Source of the DNA: Selaginella moellendorffii
Taxonomy: Eukaryota; Plantae; Lycopodiophyta
Direction: 5' to 3'
Length of the DNA: 64,000 nt
Assembly (NCBI RefSeq): GCF_000143415.4
Contig: NW_003314276.1
Location: forward strand, 2,573,693 to 2,637,692
Below are positions 59,369 to 64,000 of the stretch, piece after piece. The position numbers were made by a program, and so were the translations under genes. Each line of letters begins with the position of its first letter. Position 1 is the stretch's first letter. Under the pieces are notes generated by a model. It did no database searches. It saw nothing but the letters and a program-made list of their open reading frames with translations, and was not told the origin of the DNA.

Positions 59369-60538
59369 ATGGACGAGGACGACGATGGAGGAGGTATTGG
59401 ATCGCTGTTCCTGGACGAGAAGTAAGCTACTAGGATTTAATCGATTCTATCATCCACTGCTAGCTACGTTGAGCAGCGCATTTCCATCGGCCATCACGAG
59501 ATTCCTGTGCTCAGCCTACAATGCTCTTCCAGTGAGTGTGTTCTTTCTCTCTCGGTTCCTCTCTTTCAATGCGATAGCTCGCAGCGGACTACGACCTCAC
59601 TGGCCAGATAATCTGGCCTGGCACCGAGCTTCTCCTCAATTACATTGTGGATCATAGCCAAAGTTTTCAAGGAGCTTCGATCATTGAGCTGGGCTCTGGT
59701 GTTGGTATAAAGTTCTTGGCATGGTTTTCTCTTCTTTCTCTCTTTTTTTTTTTTTTCTAACACTTGTTTTTTTTTCATGGTTTTTTTTCATGGAGTGACT
59801 GGCCTTTTGTGTGGAAGGATTGGCTGCCGCAAAGTCGTCATGACTGATCACAATGACATCGTTTTAAAGGCAGGAATTTTCATGCATGGTTTCTTAAAAC
59901 AAGTTTGGGGATCGCTGCTAGATCATGCGGAAAAACGTGGCGCTTCAGCAGGACACGGCGTTGCTATCGCGTGAGTTCTTTCTCACTGATATATGATATA
60001 TGAGAGATCTCGTTTGTTTGTTTGATTTTTTCTTTTTTCCTCATTGCAGGGATTGCCTGTGAAAAGCTTGAGTGGGGGAATGAAGAACAGCTCTCTCTCA
60101 TCCTTGACAAGCATCCGGAGGGATTTGACTACATCCTTGGGGCCGACATTTATATCCCTTTGATGGAAGCTTTTTTACTCCAAGTTTCTCCTTGAACAGA
60201 TCCTATCACGCTACCAGCAATGCAACATTCCTCCGCTAATCAGGACTGTCAACAAACTTTTGCAACACCACCACTGCCGCAAGTTTCTTCTTGCTTACGT
60301 CTCTCGCATACAGAGGTTATTTTGCTTCTTTTTTTGTGTTTTCTTGAATCTTTTGTTTCTTTTTTTCAGCACTGATCGAGCATTCTTTAACGAGGCATCT
60401 GAGCACAACCTGGAGTTGCGCGAGGTGGAAGTGTCGAGAACCAGCCCAGGTGATGGCATTTACAGCGGTGTGATTTACGAAATCATTCTCAAGCGAGATT
60501 GTCACAATTGTCGTACCTTTACTGCTCCAAACATTTGA
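59369..60538 (+). CDS. Methyltransf_16 methyltransferase, copy 2 (possibly splice-defective)
   Basis: Collinear with copy 1, but the acceptor AG before GAGTGACT is missing and the U12 donor reads ATATCCCT (60152-60209). Confidence 0.7.
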
Positions 60539-61092
60539 GAACTCGAAGAGCTACTCAATGGTTTCAAACTCCTCTGGAAACGTTAGCAGTCAACCAGAGA
60601 AGATGGTATGCCATAAAGGCTTGGAAACTACACAGCAAACAGTCTTTGCGAAGACTATGTTGGTATCTATATGGTATTAGTAAACATAATTGATCTTTTC
60701 ATTACACATGGTTGATGATCTGAGTTTTGAATCTCCTTTGCCTGCATTTCAAACTAGTCTTTTGAGCCTTGCATCTCCTTTGCCTGCATTTCAAACTAGT
60801 CTTTTGAGCCTTGAATTTCCTTTGCCTAGATTTAAAACTAGTGAAGGATCTATTGCTGAGCAGCAACCTTGTAAAATAAGCTGCCACGAAACATTTTGTT
60901 GTTTTTACCCCTCAAAACTCCAAGATGCACTGTCCTGTTACATTATGCTTTGCTTGCATTGTCTCATACTCAACAGAATCGTGCTTTCATGTGCTATATT
61001 TGTTACGATACTGCGACAGCTTCCCAAATCCCTGCTTGTAATTTCGTTGGTGTACATCGCCGTGACATAGCTGTAGAGCAGCCGAGATTACA

Positions 61093-62519
61093 ATGGAGAT
61101 ACAAGATTGGGACTCAGATGGCAACACGGAAGAACATAAGAGGAGAGCACAGAGATTGGTGAGTCTGTCAGTGCAAGTGAAATATGTGGCTCTAGTATTG
61201 GCAGCCTTGGAGCAAGGTGCAACATACATAGGGCAAATAGCGTTCGTGGGTGCCACAGTGATCCTGCTGGGGGGTTATGTCTCTCAGCTGAAGTCTTACG
61301 ATTTCAGGCTCATTTCTGGTCTGCTGCTTTCAGAGGGTGTGCGAGTGTTCCTAGGCAGCAAGAATGTTGATTACTTAGTAGCCGCTGGGTACCACAAAAG
61401 TATCTTAGGAGGGATATTGACCTCGTCATTGTACTGCGCTTTCGTAGGTTATGACTTTTGCTATCTGAGGACGCTGCCGCCAAAGCTTATAAAGCACCTG
61501 TTCATACATCTCATATTCCATGGGCTCCAAGTGTGTAGTGCAGCTGTAACATTTGGTTTCTCTCTTGCTCGGCTCGAGTCAGGAGACTACAAACCCATCT
61601 CATCGTCGGGTACAGGGCAGGTGGCCAACTTTGTGTATGGGATCAGGCTGTTCTACATTCTAACTTTGGTGGAGTCATCAGTTTTCTTGGCGGTCAAACT
61701 ACTGGGTTGGGACTCCTTCATGTTGTGGCTGAGAAGTATTGCAGGGGAAGCTGAAGGGCATATACTTGCACTCCATGTAGGCCCACGTGTACATGAGGCG
61801 TTTATGACAGAGGGATTCAGAAAAGCATTAGGTGTAAATCTTTTCACTTATGTCATCAATTATTTTTTGGATGGTGTGGAAGAACAATGCAGCTTCGATC
61901 ACAAGAAGGTACTGGAGGTCCTTTGCTGGAACATACCTGATCAAGCTAGAACCTTCGGAAGTATCAAATGCATGATTCAGCTCATTGTTCTCGGAACATC
62001 ATATCATGAAGGAGCAAGGCATACTGCAAACAAGATTCTAGCAAAGGTTGTATTAACAAAAGGTCAGTTACACAACTTCCTATTAGCTGTGCGAGAATTT
62101 GGAATAATTCCTTTGGCGGTTGTGGACGGTGACCTGATCAAATTCCTGGACCACATTGTCACAGAAACACCAGTCCGCTTTCTTCCTTGGGAAACCAGTT
62201 CCCAGCAAGCCTCCAAAAACCTAATCAAATCCTCATTGACCGGAACCACCACAAAATCAAGGCCCAGGGGCCCCAAATTCTTGAAGGGGGGAAGANNNNN
62301 NNNNNNNNNNNNNNNNNNNNNNNNNNNNNNNNNNNNNNNNNNNNNNNNNNNNNNNNNNNNNNNNNNNNNNNNNNNNNNNNNNNNNNNNNNNNNNNCACTT
62401 GAGTGAAGCGGAGCTGGGCATGCTCAAGAGGAGTCCTCGTATTTATGAGGCTATACTGTGATCTGAGAAGGGAGAATGGCTTCACAACAGACACACACTA
62501 TCTTTAGAAGGTAAGGGAG
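61093..62519 (+). CDS. Membrane/ARM-like protein, copy 2 (interrupted by N gap)
   Basis: Homologous to 55294-57042. The sequence just before the gap looks low quality, and the post-gap tail has TTA>TGA. Confidence 0.6.
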
Positions 62520-63103
62520 TTTATATAGCTGGTCTCTAGCCAGTAACCACCATTTTCTAACACGAAGTTCTTGTAATTCACAAATACAATACGTACTGTA
62601 CACAGGCCTTGGTACCACATCTGGAGACCGACGTCACAGCCAAGAACACTGAGTATCAAGCTTGCTCCTTCAGTCAGTCGTCAGTATGGACATGGGAGGA
62701 ACGTAGCCTCTGCCGGTCATCTCCAGGTAATAAAAGTGAGCTCTGTCCATCCTGTTTGCTGCGCTCATCCCATTGAGCAGTGCGTTGTAGGTGACGCGAT
62801 CGGGCCTCCACCAGCGAGTCATCTCCTGGTACACGGGTTCACCTTGCCCGACTTGATGAGAGCGCTGATGATCGAGTTGTAGGCGTAAGGGTGCGGCATT
62901 CCTTCCTTCCTGATGGCGTTGAAAAGCGACACGGCCTCGTCGACCCGGTTCGCTTTGCAGAGATGGAAGATCAGCCTGGTCCGCGTCTGGCTGTTTGCAA
63001 CACCGCTCCTCTCCATCTCGTCAAAGAGCATGCAGCCACCTTCGAGCTTCCCCGACTTGCAGAGCCCGTCCACCAAGCTGCTGTAGACGAAGCTGTCCGG
63101 AGG

Positions 63104-64000
63104 TCAGCCTCTCTCCTTCATGTGCTGGAAGTATAGCGAGGCCTTGGTCAGCTGGCGGCGCTTGCAGAGGCCGGAGATGAGAGCCCCGTAGGTGACAACG
63201 TATGCGGAGCACCGGCTGGAGCTCATGTCGTCGAAGACTCCACAGGCAGCGTCGGTGTTCCCGGCCTTGCAGAACCCCGAGATGAGAATGTTGTACGTGT
63301 AGACGTCGGGCTTGCATCCGGCCTCGAGCATCTCGTCGAAGAAGGCCCGTGCTGCCTCAACGTCGCCACTCTTGCAAAGCCCGTCGATGAGGACGTTGTA
63401 AGTGATGGTGTCCGGGGTACAAAACGCCTTCTTCATCTGGGCCAACATCTCCAGCGCACAGTCCATCTTCCTGGCCTTGCACAGGCCGTGGATGAGAGCG
63501 CTGTACACCACCTCGTTTGGAGCCAGGCCTCGAGCTTCCATCGACTTGAAGATCCGGACTGCCGCTCCAATCCTCCCGGCCTTGGAGAGGCCGTCGATCA
63601 TGGTGCTGAGAGTTACCACGTCGGGAACGCAGCCGTGGGACGTCATCGTCTTGTAGACCGAGGAAGCTTGCGGGATTTTCCCGGTCTGGAGGAGTTCCCG
63701 GATGAGAGCAGTGTAGCAGACGGTGTCGAGAGCCAGTCCCCGCAAAGCCATCTCCTTGAAAAGCTTGTAAGCTTCGAAGGATCGCTTCTCCTTGCCGAGG
63801 CCATCGATGAGCGAGGTGTAAGTGACCACGTCCGGCGTGCAGCCATTGTCGACGATCTTGCGAAGGAGATCAATGGCTTCTTCGAGGCGTCCCATCTTGC
63901 AGAGACCATTGAGGAGAGCGTTGTAGGTGGCGATGGTGGGAGTACACCCATTGGCAGTGATCTTCTCCATCAGAGCCACGGCCTCTTCGATCTTCTTGTT
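63104..64000 (-). CDS. P-class PPR protein, copy 3 (5' end beyond window)
   Basis: Almost identical to copy 2, with the same TGA. Confidence 0.8.
   Translation of the reverse strand, partial: NKKIEEAVALMEKITANGCTPTIATYNALLNGLCKMGRLEEAIDLLRKIVDNGCTPDVVTYTSLIDGLGKEKRSFEAYKLFKEMALRGLALDTVCYTALIRELLQTGKIPQASSVYKTMTSHGCVPDVVTLSTMIDGLSKAGRIGAAVRIFKSMEARGLAPNEVVYSALIHGLCKARKMDCALEMLAQMKKAFCTPDTITYNVLIDGLCKSGDVEAARAFFDEMLEAGCKPDVYTYNILISGFCKAGNTDAACGVFDDMSSSRCSAYVVTYGALISGLCKRRQLTKASLYFQHMKERG

Larger units (their letters stand above)
51250..64000. repeat. Tandem segmental repeat, ~5.8-kb unit (PPR, methyltransferase, membrane/ARM ORF); 2 copies + start of a third
   Basis: PPR stops at 51847, 57607 and 63104 (spacing 5760 and 5497, the latter across an N gap). 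Confidence 0.92.

Overview
This is eukaryotic nuclear DNA from a very compact land-plant genome. It most resembles a lycophyte such as Selaginella; this is inferred from the ~50-90 bp introns, ~100 bp intergenic spacers, PLS/P-class PPR genes and a ciliary CCDC113 gene. The window has two halves. (1) Positions 1-39 kb are a nested transposon island. A decayed MULE/SWIM transposase is split by an 11.25-kb non-chromoviral Ty3/gypsy element (403-bp LTRs, TSD ACTCC, tRNA-Arg PBS, extra ORFs before gag and after pol, plus a nested truncated element). Decayed chromovirus copies follow, carrying two small non-autonomous TRIM families: a Cassandra-type TRIM with a 5S-rRNA-derived internal control region in its LTRs (2 full copies + 1 solo LTR), and a TRIM with a tRNA T-arm/B-box behind its PBS (2 full copies + 1 solo LTR). 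(2) Positions 39-64 kb are gene-dense: TOP3A, a Bet v 1/PR-10-like gene, scrambled PPR/ATG6/Bet v 1 fragments, an SCP/FCP1-type phosphatase, ATG6, CCDC113 and a TMEM14/FAX gene. These are followed by a ~5.8-kb tandem unit in up to three copies: a P-class PPR with a shared in-frame TGA, a Methyltransf_16 gene with a U12 AT-AC intron, and a membrane/ARM-type ORF. All assignments are by eye and from remembered family motifs; no searches were run.
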